A DNA stretch of 57,352 bases from Octopus sinensis (taxonomy: Eukaryota). The position numbers and the translations under genes were made by a program. Below, one piece after another: positions 25,192 to 38,100 of the stretch (position 1 is the stretch's first letter; the number at the start of each line of letters is the position of its first letter). The notes below the pieces were generated by a model, which worked only from the letters and a program-made list of their open reading frames with translations, did no database searches and was not told where the DNA came from. The DNA lies in contig NW_021833613.1 in assembly GCF_006345805.1 (NCBI RefSeq), forward strand, positions 1 through 57,352. The letters are read 5' to 3'.

Positions 25192-25271
25192 ATTGTTTGG
25201 ATTTGAATTCAGAACATAATGTGACGTATCTGAATACATCACCTTATGTTCAAAATTCCAATCCAAACAAT
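25192..25271. repeat. 80-nt hairpin (38-bp arms, 33/38 matches, 4-nt loop)
   Basis: attgtttggatttgaattcagaacataatgtgacgtat-ctga-atacatcaccttatgttcaaaattccaatccaaacaat. Confidence 0.85.
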
Positions 25272-27169
25272 GTCAACTTTGCCCGTCACTCCACCGGTAT
25301 CAATAAAATAACTCCCAGTAATGTACTTGATTAATTAAATTTGTACTTTAAACTTATTTTAGAATGCAGTATTAATTTTAGCAGATCTGCATTGAATTGG
25401 TAGAATTGACAGTGCGTCAGATAAAATACCTTGCGGTGTTTAGTAGCGCCTCTTTATATTCTAAGTTGGAATCCTAACTTTACCATTCATTCTTCTGGTT
25501 AGGGTGGTGGGTGGCTTGATAACATAACGTACCGGTCAAATAATGGAGCCAATTTAATCGACTGTTCCTCCTCATAGCAAACGTGTTGCAGCGTCTCTAA
25601 TTTAGAAGTCATTAACAATCTCAACAGAAGGTTGTAGAGCGGCTAAATCGTTAGTGGACATCAGACAAACTTTATAAAACTTTTCTTTCCTGTGTTCAAA
25701 TCCACTCAAACTTATCTTGTGAGAAACAATTTGACTTTATTTTTTCTTACAGCCGGGACTGGTAAAATTTAATTTGTACAACTGATACTTTACATTTTTT
25801 CTACAAACTTTTTAGGCTATCAAATTTACTGCATCATCAAAAACTCTGTAATAAGTCTATTACTACAACAATAGTAGATAATATCGTTGCTCAATGTAGA
25901 GCAGGCATTTCTAGCCACTGCTAGCTTGTTGAACATCAGGCAATATATATCATTATATTCTGGAGATTTTCATAGCCTAACATGAGACAAAGACTACTCA
26001 ATTGCATTGATTTTCTTTGGCAGAGACACAGAACATGAAATTGAAGGAGGATCTAACAACGTTGATGAGGGTCAGACATTCTTGGTGCGGCCTGGTGAAA
26101 CGCACCTCGGATGCGGTCATTTGAGTATAATGATAACAATATTAATCTAATTTATTAATTTCTTCTCTGAAAAAAAAAAAGAAAAAAAAAAGAAAACCAA
26201 GATTTTCCACTTTGGTTTGTGCTTTATCCTCAACTTTCCGTAATATGAAGGAATTGCAAGTAAGAAGTATCAACGGTTTCAGCAAACCAAATCAGATCTA
26301 ATGACGTAAAACATATAAAGAGAATATGCTCAATTATAACCCTATAAAGATAGTCTTATCAGAGATAATTGCGTTTTATATTTAACTTCATATATTTACA
26401 CGAAGTCCTACACAACTCATGAAAAATCGAAGTTTGTTTCTGATCTTTGTTCTGTATTAGTGATTCAACTGATCGAAATGATGCATACTATTTTGAATGC
26501 TTTGGAGATTAGTAGTTGTTGTTCAATGCTGGCAAGGCGATTTGATTGGTTAATTACAGTTTATGACTGTAAATAATTATTAGTCGATTCTGAAAAGGAT
26601 GGATGTTTGTATATGTAACTTGCGTCACAAATTGCGAGTGAGCTTTCGATTTTGATTAAAAAAGGAATAGATTCTCTGATTCATTATATAATGATTACTC
26701 ACAACGACAAAAGGTTAAGTTACAGGGAACGGAGTAAAGGCGATTGAATCAGTTTTAGTAATTTACTGGTACTTAAATAATCGTCGTCAAAATAACGAAA
26801 TGCTACAATTAACCCTGGACGCAAGTATGGCTGTGCGGTTAAGAAATTCGTATTGCAATACAGGTTCGATCCCATTGTGCCGCGCCTATGGTAAGAATCT
26901 TCTCTTGTATAGCTTTTGAGCGACTTAAACTTTGTAAGGGAAGTTAGATAGACGTAGTCTGTACCTATTCAAAGGTGAATAGTTTGTTGCTCGGATTAAT
27001 ACCTGTCCACTCCATTGCAAGCTTTGGAGTAGATGTCTAGTAACCATAAGCAAATTTGGACTCAAAATGTAGCGAAACGAGACTAAATCGTTCAATATTT
27101 GATGGTTCGATGTCATACTTTTATCACCAATTTGCCGCCTGGAACATTCTTTATTGTTTTATCCTTTTA

Positions 27170-27492
27170 CTCGTTTCATTCATTGGACTGCAGCCATATT
27201 GGAGTAACACTTTAAAAGATTTAGTCAGTCAAATCAGTCCGAATATTTGATTTTCAAGTCTGGTACTTAATCTATCGGTTTCTTCAATCGGACCACGATG
27301 TTTACGTGGACGTAAATAAACTAACACTGGTTGTCAAGCGGTGAAAGGACAACGCACAAAGACACGCGTCACGCAAACTCTGTTCGACCAAATTCCCTCA
27401 CATAGTATTGGTCGGCCCAAGATGCCGCGCAGTGGAACTGAACCCGAAGTTACTTGCTTGCAAACACTTCAACCACACAAACATGCCTGTGC
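27170..27492 (-). mobile_element. Family-2 SINE, diverged
   Basis: Reverse-complement head and tail; a short plus-strand head also lies at 26823-26925. Confidence 0.7.
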
Positions 27493-28245
27493 CTATGAAT
27501 TTTCATAACATATTGAATTTTTATAACATTGATTTACTTTAGAGGAAATAAGGCTTCAAATTTAAATTGAAACTGAATTACGTTCGTGCTTTTCTAAAGA
27601 GCTCAAATGAAGAGAAATCACTAGTATCATATCACAAAATGAGATTCGCCGAGACACGGTCGACTTTGATATATTTATTATCGGATCCCTCCAGGTTTCA
27701 CAGATTGACTGCCGACAGATATGAAGCTAATTCATCAAATCAATCCTTCTACTAATGTTAGAAATATTAGTTAATAGTGATTTTGGTGGCGTTTAAAGTA
27801 GATTAATTTGCCCTCAGTCCTTGGTATTCACTTCATTTTATCGACCCTGAAGGATCACCAGCAAAGTTGATTACAGTGGGGTTTGAACTCCTAGCCTAAA
27901 AGGTTTTAATGAAACATTTCCAGGAAATTTTTTCCGACACTTTAAGGCAGTGCTTCTCAAAAGGTGCGCTTTAATCTATGAGCACCACAAATTTTTAACA
28001 ATATTATGATTTAGGGATTTAGAAAATATGCACTAATGCTAGAACTGCAGTGGATTAGCAGAATCGGCAGAGTGTCGGACAAGCTGTGTTGAGGTATTTG
28101 TTCCGGTACTTTAAGTTCTTTGTTCAAATCCCACAGAGATCAACTGTGGCTTTCATCCCTTCAAGGTTCAGCTAATGTCGAAATTAGGATATCCTAAACC
28201 TTCCTATGAGATGGCTTAGCATGCCCTGTGTGTGTGTGTGTGTGT

Positions 28246-28334
<89 letters not shown>

Positions 28335-29254
28335 GCCCTTGAACTATTTTGTATTTGTTTTGTGCATATAATTTATATGTAAATATTGAGAGTTATGTAT
28401 GCACCATTTTAGTAATTCCCAAAGCATCTACTTATGTGGAAATATTGCTTCTGTTTTCAATTCTCAGATTCTAATTTAAGGTTTGAAAACAGTAAGCGTG
28501 AAAGTTATGAATTCATACGATTGCTCAGAATGAAATGTTAAGTTCGTTATTTCTTTTGTTAACCACAGATTTGTCCTGATCGAACAGATATATAATCAAA
28601 GATATTCCAGTCACCACCATCTCATTTTTTAAAAGTCATAATTTGTTTCCAACTACATTTTAACTGCAAAATCAGAAGATGAGGTGCAGAACCTAAGACC
28701 TGTTTTTAGAGGGTGCGTGGCTGGTTGGAGGAGATTGGAATTACAATTATACTGGACACCTGACCCAACGTTAGCAACACAGTGGACTTTGCTAAAGGCA
28801 CGCAAGGGTCAGATGATGGACTATCATCCATTGTGTCCATCCGCTTTTCTTTTTTGGAAATACAGTGCATGATTCAAAATACATTTGCCCGCTCTTTCTA
28901 ACAAGTCAAGTGACAACCGAAAGGTCTCCTGCGTTACGTAAAACTAAAATGTTGTGAACGTTATTGATTGATGTCGATTTTCCACCTGCCGTACCTTTCA
29001 ACGTTTGAAAAGAAAATACACGTTGAAAAATATAATCTTAGAGACATATCTGGGGTGGGGGGGTTAAAAGCTAGAATACTTTTTGACGTGCCTGCTTGAT
29101 CAAACTGAGTAACTTGAGTAAGAATAACAACCACAGCATCACCTACTAGAAATAGTAGCCAAATTTGCCTGATATCGCATACTATTGACTTACGAACGAA
29201 GGAATCGTTGGGCAACGTAGTCTGACAGATAGACAGACAGACAGACGGATAGAA

Positions 29255-29328
<74 letters not shown>

Positions 29329-29735
29329 GTAGGTAGGTAGGTAGATAGACAGAAAGATAGATAGATATGTATGCATGCGTGCATAAATGTATGTATTTAC
29401 GTAAAAAAAAAGGAAAAGCAGGATGGTCTTTCATTATAGGTTCACTCAGCCTTGGATTAAATAGAAAGTAGTAACTTTTAAGGCTAAGTTGCTTTGAGGA
29501 AATACCTGTCTAACGTGTTATGTTGCACGATCCACACAATACGAAACAAAACTCGTCTGTGACATTTCTATATCATTCAGCATAACTTCTTTTATAGTTG
29601 GTGAGTTGTTGCTGTTGTTGATACTGTTGCTACTGTCAAACTTGACTGAATAGAGATATGTCAAATTTATGTTGAAACAAATATTGTTATATTTGGGAAG
29701 GGTCATCTTTTGCCAATAAAACACACATTGTTTAT

Positions 29736-29873
29736 TTCTTCTTCTTCTTCTTCTTCTTCTTCTTCTTCTTCTTCTTCTTCTTCTTCTTCTTCTTCTTCTT
29801 CTTCTTCTTCTTCTTCTTCTTCTTCTTCTTCTTCTTCTTCTTCTTCTTCTTCTTCTTCTTCTTCTTCTTCTTC
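29736..29873. repeat. Pure (TTC)n trinucleotide tract, ~45 units
   Basis: Directly visible; explains the poly-R/S/K ORFs. Confidence 0.98.
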
Positions 29874-29896
29874 TCATTATCATTATTATTGTACTG

Positions 29897-30436
29897 CCAA
29901 AGAAAATTTTGAGAATAATATTCGTCATATTCGGATAGACGTTCGATCTCGAACATGAAGCTTCATCAGAGTGAAAAAAAATACATAAAAGAAAAGAAAA
30001 GAAAAGAACCTCGAGAGGAGGAATGAAGGCTTAATATATTTGAATCAAACCATTTTGCAGTGAAACGCTTCAGGCAATCCAGTAAATGACTAAACTAGAA
30101 AATTAATTGGTGTGTTAATCTTTCTTTAGGGGTAACAAGGTGTATAAATACTGAAAAGTATAGTATGTACTTTAGTATAACAGGATACGCCAGTTGATCC
30201 AGAAAAAGAATAGTTCTTAAGATTTCATAAATAGTACTAATTAATATTTATCCAAATAACATGCCCATAAATTAATTACATTTATATAATTATATAATAA
30301 CTAATTAATTTTCTAGTTTAGTCATTTACTCCTCTCGAGACTTTTCTTTTATCTTATGCATTTTTCTTCACTCTATGTTCCAGATCGGATGTGCTATAGA
30401 ATATGACGAATATTAATCTTAGAATTTTCTTTGGTA
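29897..30436. repeat. Large imperfect inverted repeat (arms ~29897-30108 and 30303-30436)
   Basis: Perfect 28-bp core agtaaatgactaaactagaaaattaatt (30081-30108) against 30303-30330; pairing continues outward across insertions in the left arm. Confidence 0.85.
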
Positions 30437-30578
30437 TCGCTGTGGGGCGCAGAAACGGATGTGGGAAGCAGAAACGGCTGTTAGATGGGATAAAGTTTTG
30501 TATTAAAAAATAATAATCGGTGGTAGTCAAGTTGTAGTTGACCAAGAATTTCTCCATTTTCTGCTTAATTAAATTTTA

Positions 30579-30657
<79 letters not shown>

Positions 30658-30751
30658 TAGTTTTATTTTTATAGCGTGCTTTCACTTCACTACCGAGCAC
30701 AGCTCTGTGTGCCTTGGGTATGTGCTTTGATTTGTTGTGATGCTCTGATGG

Positions 30752-31519
30752 TTATTGTATGGAAAGTGTTCTGCGTAGGATGTGTGCAGTGCCTAGTAGT
30801 GCAATTTTCTGTATGTTATATGTGTTTGTAAGTCCTGGTGTTTTTGTTATGTATTTGTCTGAATATTTTTTTATCATGCCTAATGCACCTACTATGGTAG
30901 GAATTGTTTCTGTTTTCAGATTCCACATTCTAGTTACCTCTATTTCCAGGTCTTTGTATTTTGAGAGTTTCTCCATTTCTTTTAGAGACACGTTGGCATC
31001 AGCCGGTATTGATACATCAATTAGAAAGCATTTTTTTTCTTCATGATCTCTGACAACTATATCTGGTCTGTTGGCCTTAATTTCTCTATCTGTGTGTATC
31101 GGCATATCCCAGAGTATGGTTGCTTTCTCGTTTTCTGTGACCTTTTCTGGTGTGTGCCTATACCATCTTTTTTCTGTTGTTATTCCATAATGTTGGCATA
31201 GCTTCCAATGTATGTAGGTTCCAACTCTGTCATGTCTGTGAATATATTCCTTCTTAGCCAAGACTGGGCAGCTAGAGATAATATGATTTATTGTTTCTTG
31301 TCCATCTCCACATATTCTGCAGTTACTTGTAATATTTCTTTTCATTACATGTTTTTGGTAATTTCTGGTGGGGAGGCTTTGGTCTTGTGCTGCAATTAAA
31401 AATCCCTCTGTTTCTGCTTTGAGTCCTGAGCTTCTCAACCATTGCTGGGATTTTTCTTTGTCTATTTCTTTTGCGTTTAGTTTAGTCCAGTATTTACATG
31501 AAGGGGCTTTTCTTGCCAT
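30752..31519 (-). CDS. R4/Dong zinc knuckle and restriction-like endonuclease segment
   Basis: CRICGDGQETINHIISSC, RHD, RPDIVV...LIDVSIP...EKLSKYKDL...IVGALG. Confidence 0.9.
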   Translation of the reverse strand: MARKAPSCKYWTKLNAKEIDKEKSQQWLRSSGLKAETEGFLIAAQDQSLPTRNYQKHVMKRNITSNCRICGDGQETINHIISSCPVLAKKEYIHRHDRVGTYIHWKLCQHYGITTEKRWYRHTPEKVTENEKATILWDMPIHTDREIKANRPDIVVRDHEEKKCFLIDVSIPADANVSLKEMEKLSKYKDLEIEVTRMWNLKTETIPTIVGALGMIKKYSDKYITKTPGLTNTYNIQKIALLGTAHILRRTLSIQ

Positions 31520-33135
31520 CGTTTTATCATGGTTCGTTGCTGTTCTATTTTTAGTTTGGATTTCATTTGTTTTATAGCTTTTGTTGTTTCTTCATCTTCT
31601 TCTTCTTCTTCATGTTTATTAGGTGGTATGATTTCTTGTTTGTATTTGTCAGCTTCCTTAAATACTGAGAACAGTTTTTTGTTTTGCTCGTGTTTTGCCG
31701 CTATCTGGATCAGTTTTCCTTCCTTCTGAAGTAGATATTTTTGCAGTCCTATGGTGGTTATTTTATAGTAGTTTTTCAGCTGTATAAGGCCTCTACCACC
31801 TTCTATACGTTGTATATATAGTCTTTCTATGTCAGATTTTGGGTGATGCATCCTAGATCCTGTCATTATTTTTCTTGTTTTCCTATCTATTTTGGTCAGT
31901 TCATTTCGTGTCCAGTTAAGGATATTGTAGCTGTAACTTATAACTGGGACAGCTAAAGTGTTGATACCTATTATCTTGTTTTTAGCATTGAGCTCTGTGT
32001 TTAGTATTGATCTAACTCGTCTATAATATTCTATTTTTATTTTCTCTTTCATTTGTGTGTGTTGTGTCTTATCTAGTTCATGGATTCCTAAGTATTTGTA
32101 AGTTTGGCTTTGGTCTAATTCTTTTATTTCATTGGTTTTATCTAGTGTGATGTTGTTACTCTTAACTAGTTTTCCTCTTTTCATGGTTACTTTGGCGCAT
32201 TTTTCTAATCCAAATTTCATATCTATTTCTTTGGTAAATCCATGAACTGTCTTTAATAGTGTTTCCAGCTGTTTGTCATTTGCAGCGTATAGTTTTAGGT
32301 CATCCATATATAAAAGGTGGTTGATCGTTTTGCCGTGACATTTATATCCGCATCCAGTTCTATTTAGCATATCAGATAGAGGTGACAGTGCCAAGCAGAA
32401 AAGGAGTGGAGAGAGCGTGTCTCCCTGGAATATTCCTCTTCTAATGGGCATGTCTTTGGTTTTCATGAGTCCCTCTTTTGTTTGGAGGTGTAGGACTGTT
32501 TGCCATTTATTCATAGAGTGCTCTATGAATTTTATGATTGTTGGTGCTACTTTGTTAATGGCTAGTGTTTCGAGGATCCATGTGTGGGGGATGCTATCAA
32601 ACGCCTTTTTGTAGTCAATCCAGGCCATACTGAGGCCTTTCTTCTTTCTGTGGCTGTCTTCAGTTATGGCTTTATTAATCATTAGTTGATCTTTACAGCC
32701 ATATGAGCCCTTGCGGCATCCTTTCTGCTCTTCTGGGAACAGTTTGTTTTCGTCCAGGTGCCTGTTCAGCCTTTGTGATATCACTGCAGTAAATGCCTTG
32801 AACATAGTAGGGAGGCAGGTTATTGGTCTGTAGTTTTCTGGTTTTTCTGTTTCATTTGATTTGGGAATTAAGATGGTTTTCCCCTTCATGAGCCATTCAG
32901 GCATTGTCTCTGGCTCTGCTAGTACTTTGTTAAAGTTTTCAGCCAGCTTTTTGTGCATTCCTGTTAGATATTTCAACCAGAAGTTGGGGATCTTGTCATG
33001 CCCAGGTGCCTTCCAGTTGCTTAGTCTTTGCAGTGCCTGGGTGACCTCTTCAGTTGTTATGGGGGTCCAAAGTTGTTCAGATGCCGAGTTTGTTATTCTG
33101 ATACTCCTTTTTTTGGTGGTTCGTTCGCCGACCAT
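31477..33135 (-). CDS. R4/Dong reverse transcriptase segment
   Basis: WKAPGHD, NYRPITCL, EEQKG, WIDYKKAFDSIPH, RRGIFQGDTLSPLLF, HLLYMDDLKL, KFGLEKC, YKYLG, GGRGL. Confidence 0.93.
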   Translation of the reverse strand: MVGERTTKKRSIRITNSASEQLWTPITTEEVTQALQRLSNWKAPGHDKIPNFWLKYLTGMHKKLAENFNKVLAEPETMPEWLMKGKTILIPKSNETEKPENYRPITCLPTMFKAFTAVISQRLNRHLDENKLFPEEQKGCRKGSYGCKDQLMINKAITEDSHRKKKGLSMAWIDYKKAFDSIPHTWILETLAINKVAPTIIKFIEHSMNKWQTVLHLQTKEGLMKTKDMPIRRGIFQGDTLSPLLFCLALSPLSDMLNRTGCGYKCHGKTINHLLYMDDLKLYAANDKQLETLLKTVHGFTKEIDMKFGLEKCAKVTMKRGKLVKSNNITLDKTNEIKELDQSQTYKYLGIHELDKTQHTQMKEKIKIEYYRRVRSILNTELNAKNKIIGINTLAVPVISYSYNILNWTRNELTKIDRKTRKIMTGSRMHHPKSDIERLYIQRIEGGRGLIQLKNYYKITTIGLQKYLLQKEGKLIQIAAKHEQNKKLFSVFKEADKYKQEIIPPNKHEEEEEDEETTKAIKQMKSKLKIEQQRTMIKRWQEKPLHVNTGLN

Positions 33136-33443
33136 ATTTCTCTCCAGAATTCTTCCAATTCTTCTGCCGTTGGTGCTGCAGTGACTTCTATTTTATTTTT
33201 TCCCAGTTCTTGGTAGAACTTTTTGGGGTTAGAGTTGAACTTTTTGTTTTCTTCAAAGAAGCGTTGGCGTTTCTTGTACCGGCGGATCCTTTGTGCTTTG
33301 GCAAGGATATCTTGCTTCAGCTTTTCTTTTATTTCAGGCAAATCTTTCTCTGTGATGTATATTTGCGGAGTATTTTTGTTCTCTTTTTGTTGCTCAGTAG
33401 CGTTGATTGTTTGCTGATTTCATTAAGAATCGACAGGTCTTTT

Positions 33444-34259
33444 CTAATTTTTTTTTATTTTGCTTTGGATGTTATTTATCCACAGGGTTTGTTTGGGTGG
33501 TGGTACTCCTGTTTGGGCGGGTTTGGGTGAGTATCCAGCTTCTTTTGTGGCTGCAGTGGCTGCTGCGTATATTAGGTTATTTAGCTCAGTGATATCACTT
33601 TTTTTTGATTCAGTGGCTATCAGTTCAGTGACGGCTAGGTTTATGCTGTTTATAATAGGTGTTGTTATTTTGTTTATTTTGATTCTTGGGAGGTATGGTC
33701 GGTGGTCCATTTTGAGCTCTGTGGTTTTCAGTTCTTTGATTATTTTATTTTTTATATTATCATAATCATTAGGCTCCCCTTCGTTGTTTACATCGTGTTT
33801 GTTGGGAATGTTGCGTTTGTCTTCGTGTTTTACAGTTTCAGTGTTTATATTATTGGGCATTGTTGTGTGGCTTCTATCTACATTTTCCTGGTGTATGTTT
33901 TCTTTTAGGTGTTCTATTTCTATTTCTGATATTTTTTTTGTGTTGAGTATGTATCTTCGTACGTTAGCTAATTTATTAGGGTTCATTGCTGTATCCAAGT
34001 CTATATCTCTATTATTTTCCTTCCATATTTTATATGTATGTGTTGTTGTATTTTCATTTTTTGGGTAGAGTACTGCTGTGAAGTATGCGTGTAAGATAGA
34101 AATGTATTCCTCACGTGTCCATTTACGTCTTTTGGGTTTTATTTGCGGGACATGAGGTACAACGTCCGGCCCATTATTTTGACGGTCGTCATTTTCGTAG
34201 GGTACCGGTCCGTTTATTTCTGTTGTCACATTATTTCGCACGTGTAGTTTTTCGTACAT
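33444..34259 (-). CDS. R4/Dong ORF N-terminal segment (frameshifted)
   Basis: KRRKWTREEYISILHAY...KLANVRRYIL...ELNNLIYAAA; the frame breaks in a T9 run at 33448-33456. Confidence 0.75.
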   Translation of the reverse strand: MYEKLHVRNNVTTEINGPVPYENDDRQNNGPDVVPHVPQIKPKRRKWTREEYISILHAYFTAVLYPKNENTTTHTYKIWKENNRDIDLDTAMNPNKLANVRRYILNTKKISEIEIEHLKENIHQENVDRSHTTMPNNINTETVKHEDKRNIPNKHDVNNEGEPNDYDNIKNKIIKELKTTELKMDHRPYLPRIKINKITTPIINSINLAVTELIATESKKSDITELNNLIYAAATAATKEAGYSPKPAQTGVPPPKQTLWINNIQSKIKKN

Positions 34260-35179
34260 TTTTTGTTGTAAGTTTAATGTACGTACCGCTCGATTGTTAT
34301 TCTTGGGTTGAATAGTATCGGTGGCATTAATTTCTTCGTAGTTCCTTTGTACATGGTGTTTGGGGTCGGAGATGATCGTGATGTTCCACGCATGTTTACA
34401 TGTGTTGCGTTAGAGGCGGAGATGATATCGAATCAAAATACATCATTTCGTTTCGAAAATAGTAATAAATTTCAATTAGTATTACTTACTCGGATACAGT
34501 TCAATTCTTTGTTAGTAAAACTTTGGCTCCATAGGATGTCCTTGTTTTCGATGTTTGTGGATAGATTTCGGAGCTCTGAATTTTCCTTCTTACATCTTAA
34601 ACGTCCCCGGTGTTATTATTATTATTATTATTTCTATCAGGAATTAAAAATAGAACGAGGTGAATTGGTTCTTTTCAAAGCCAAGGTCAGCGCTCCTATT
34701 GATTGATAGTAGTAGTAAACACATTTGACCACTGCTAACCCTAAGGATGTGAAGTCTCTTTTGTCTCCTTATCGCACAGGATATCCCCATCATCTGCCGA
34801 AGCTATAGATATGTATGATTTGGTCTCTTCACCAAGCTGCTTTTCTTTCTCCTGCTATTTCCTTCAACTCTCACATATTTATGATTATCTCAAGTGCAAG
34901 ACAAAAGTTGAAACTAAGCAACATTTAATAATACCTTTTAATAATAAATGGAAATAATAATAATGATAATAATAATAATTTAGCCAAAACTCATGTCGGA
35001 TCAGACGAAATATTAACAATGACAAATAGTAAAAAAAATGAAAATAACAATATCAATGATGATAATAATACTACTGAAAGGAAGCGGTTGGAATCTCCTA
35101 GTGTCCTGATTGATGATACATCTAGTGATGGTGTCACAATAAAAACACTGGTAATTGCACAACCTGATAATCGCTACTT

Positions 35180-38100
35180 CATATGAGTGACAATGAAAAA
35201 ACAAAATATTGCGAATAACGGTGGTAATGAAACTGAAGCCCTTGATGGTGACACTGTTGCACCCAGCAGGCTTAGAGATACTGGTCCGATCCCAGCCTGT
35301 CTTTATCCAGCACACACAGCGTAGATGGAACAAACAAGTCAATGCTGTGATCATGGAGTGTTACTACCTGAGCAATCCTGCAGACGAAAATGATGTTCAT
35401 ATTAGGGGATACCAACAACGTATGTATGATCAATGGAAAGAAAGAGGATTGTTTCAACTCACGGAACAGAGATTATGTGATCAAGCCAGGGCAATAAGAA
35501 AAAAATTGTTGGTTCATAGAAGTAGAGCTCGAAGCTATCAAAATCCGGGCATTGGGAAACAGCAGTAGAGGAAACGAAAAAAATACAGTTCCTATTGAAA
35601 AAGTAATCCCATAGCAGAAAACAGAGGCTAAATCTCTAATAAACCACAGGAAAGGAACAGAGATAGCTTGCTCGATGAGAGACATATAAATGGTTTGGAA
35701 GAAGACAATAAAACTAATGGTGGCACGAAAGATGGGCAAAGGCCAATCTACGATAGAATAAAAGCAAGGCTACAGGAGAACGATATCGACATTACTTGCA
35801 ACCTTAAACAGGTTGTCCGGTGGAAATTGAATCAAGAAACGAAAAATGTGAATGAAATTCAGAAATATATCAGAACAAAAAACATTGCAGAAACAAATAA
35901 TTTGATCAAGGCAGCAAGTATTGTTGTAGCAAACATTGTGAGTATTTCATGTCAAGAAAAAGCAATATAATGGGAGTGACAAAAAATATCCATAGTGGAA
36001 AAGAAGAATACAGGCGGGGTTAGATATGCTTTCGAAGGACATTTCTGTGTTAGACCGAAAAGAAAAGGTGGGGGGGGGGCTTAAAAGTGAACAAAAATAC
36101 AGAGCACTGAACAAGAAAGAGCCTGAAAGTAGTAATGGAGGAACTGAAACAGCGCCTCGTTGCAAAGAAAGCAAAGATGGTAAGATACGACCAAAGAATG
36201 AAGAGGTGCCAGCAGAATAAGTTATTCAGAGTAGATCAAAAGAAATTCTACAAAGAAATAAATGGAGAGTGTACAGGCGAAAAGTTGATACCAGATAACA
36301 TCGACGGTCAAAGGTTTTGAAGTGACATCTGGAGCAAAGACAAGGAGCCCAAGAAGGATGCTGAATGGTTGCAAAAACTGAAACATACTTTAGTCTGACC
36401 AAAACAGGAGGTACTAGTCATTTCAGTTAGGAAAGTGAAGGAAATCAGCAAAAAAAAAAAAGAAAAAGAGCAACTGGAAGGCCCCGGGACCAGATGGAGT
36501 TCAAGGCTACTGGATCAAAAGATTTGATGAATGTCATACACGAATAGTTGCACAACTCAACATCTTGTTAAATGCCGACCAAGTAATACTAGAGTGGTTG
36601 AAAATGGTTAGGACAGTGCTGTGCCTGAAAAACATCGAAAAAAGCAATACGGTAGACAATTACAGACCGATATCCTACTTGCCACTTATGTGGAAGTTAT
36701 TGACTGGAATAGTCGCCGACTCAATGTACAGACATCTGGTAAAAGATTGAGTCCTGCCACATGAGCAGAAGGGTTGCAAGCGTAAGTTCAGAGGCACCAA
36801 AGATCAACCCATAGTAGACCAACTGAACATAGAGATTGTAAGAGGAGGAAAAGTAACTTAGCCATGCCATGGATCAATTATCGTAAGGCGTATGATATGA
36901 TCCCACATTCTTGGATTATGGAATGTATGAACTTATTTGGTATTGCATCGGATGTTGAGCGATTGCTTGTAAAAAGTATGGCGAATTAGAGGACAGAAAT
37001 GACAGCATATGGAAGAAATTTAGGGACAATAAAAATCAGGAGAGGCATCTTCCAAGGGGATTGCCTGTCTTCACTGATCTTCGTACTGTGCATGATACCA
37101 ATAACACTGATTCTGAGGGAAGCAAAGGATGGGTATGTATTCGAAAGCCGCCAACAAAATGTCAATCACTTGTTATTCATCGATGACCTCAAACTTTATA
37201 GCAAAAATGAATCCCAAGTCAGTACTGATATTAGAATGGAGTTCGGACTGAAAAAGTGTGGTGTGTAAGTCATGAAGAAAGGCAAAATCAAGTGTATGGA
37301 TGAGCTAGCGATGACTTGGGGGGGGTTATGAAGCAGATAGAAGAGACGGATTATAAGTACTTGGAGATATTGGAAATGGATAAATTGATGGAGAAAAAAA
37401 TGACAGAAAAATTTAAGGTGGAGTAGTGGAGCAGACTGAGACTGATGCTTAAGTCGAAATTAAACGGACGGAATAAGATTGAAGTTATCAACACCTGGGC
37501 GGTTCCACTTCTTTGATATGGATTAGTGGTAATCGCATGGGTAGCAGACAAACTAAACAGCTTAGACAGAAAGAAAAGGAAGTTGTTAACTAGATATGGA
37601 ATACTCTACTCAAAAAGTGACACTGACAGATTGTATGTACCAAGAAAAAGAGGAGAAAAAGGACTGACTGGATGAGAACACAGCATTAAGCAGAGGAAAG
37701 CAACACAGCATGGTATGTAAAAAATGCCACAGAATCGCTAGTATTGGACATAAGATCAGGTTTGTGTCGGATGGATAATTGCAAAAATAAAGCACTGTAC
37801 AAGGACTTCAGGATAAATGAAACTGAAAATAGGTGAGTAAAGAAAAGAATACATGGACAATTTCATAGGGATTTTGAAGATAAGACAGACTGAGAAAAAC
37901 CATGGCTATGAATGACTAAAATTGATTTGAAACCGGAAATGGAACTCTAATCTGTGCTGCTGAAGAGCAAGAGTTAAGAACGAACTACATCAAATACAGA
38001 ATAGACAACACATCAGAAAGTAATAATTGCAGAATTTGTAGACAAAATGGTGAAACCGTATGGCATATTACCAGTCAACGTAGGCTACTAGCCCAGAAAG

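Larger units (their letters stand above)
30655..34612 (-). mobile_element. Near-full-length R4/Dong-clade non-LTR retrotransposon in (TAA)n
   Basis: N-terminal RRKWTREE motif, RT domain, CCHC and PD..D restriction-like endonuclease; (ATT)n on both flanks (30580-30654 and 34613-34633). Confidence 0.93.

Noticed and set aside
26024-26124. Possible host exon after ttttctttggcag (ETQNMKLKEDLTTLMRVRHSW...), and a TTGATGAGGG...GAAAC hammerhead-like motif
   Set aside because: No convincing splice donor or recognisable protein; the hammerhead lacks C3, NUH and stem I.
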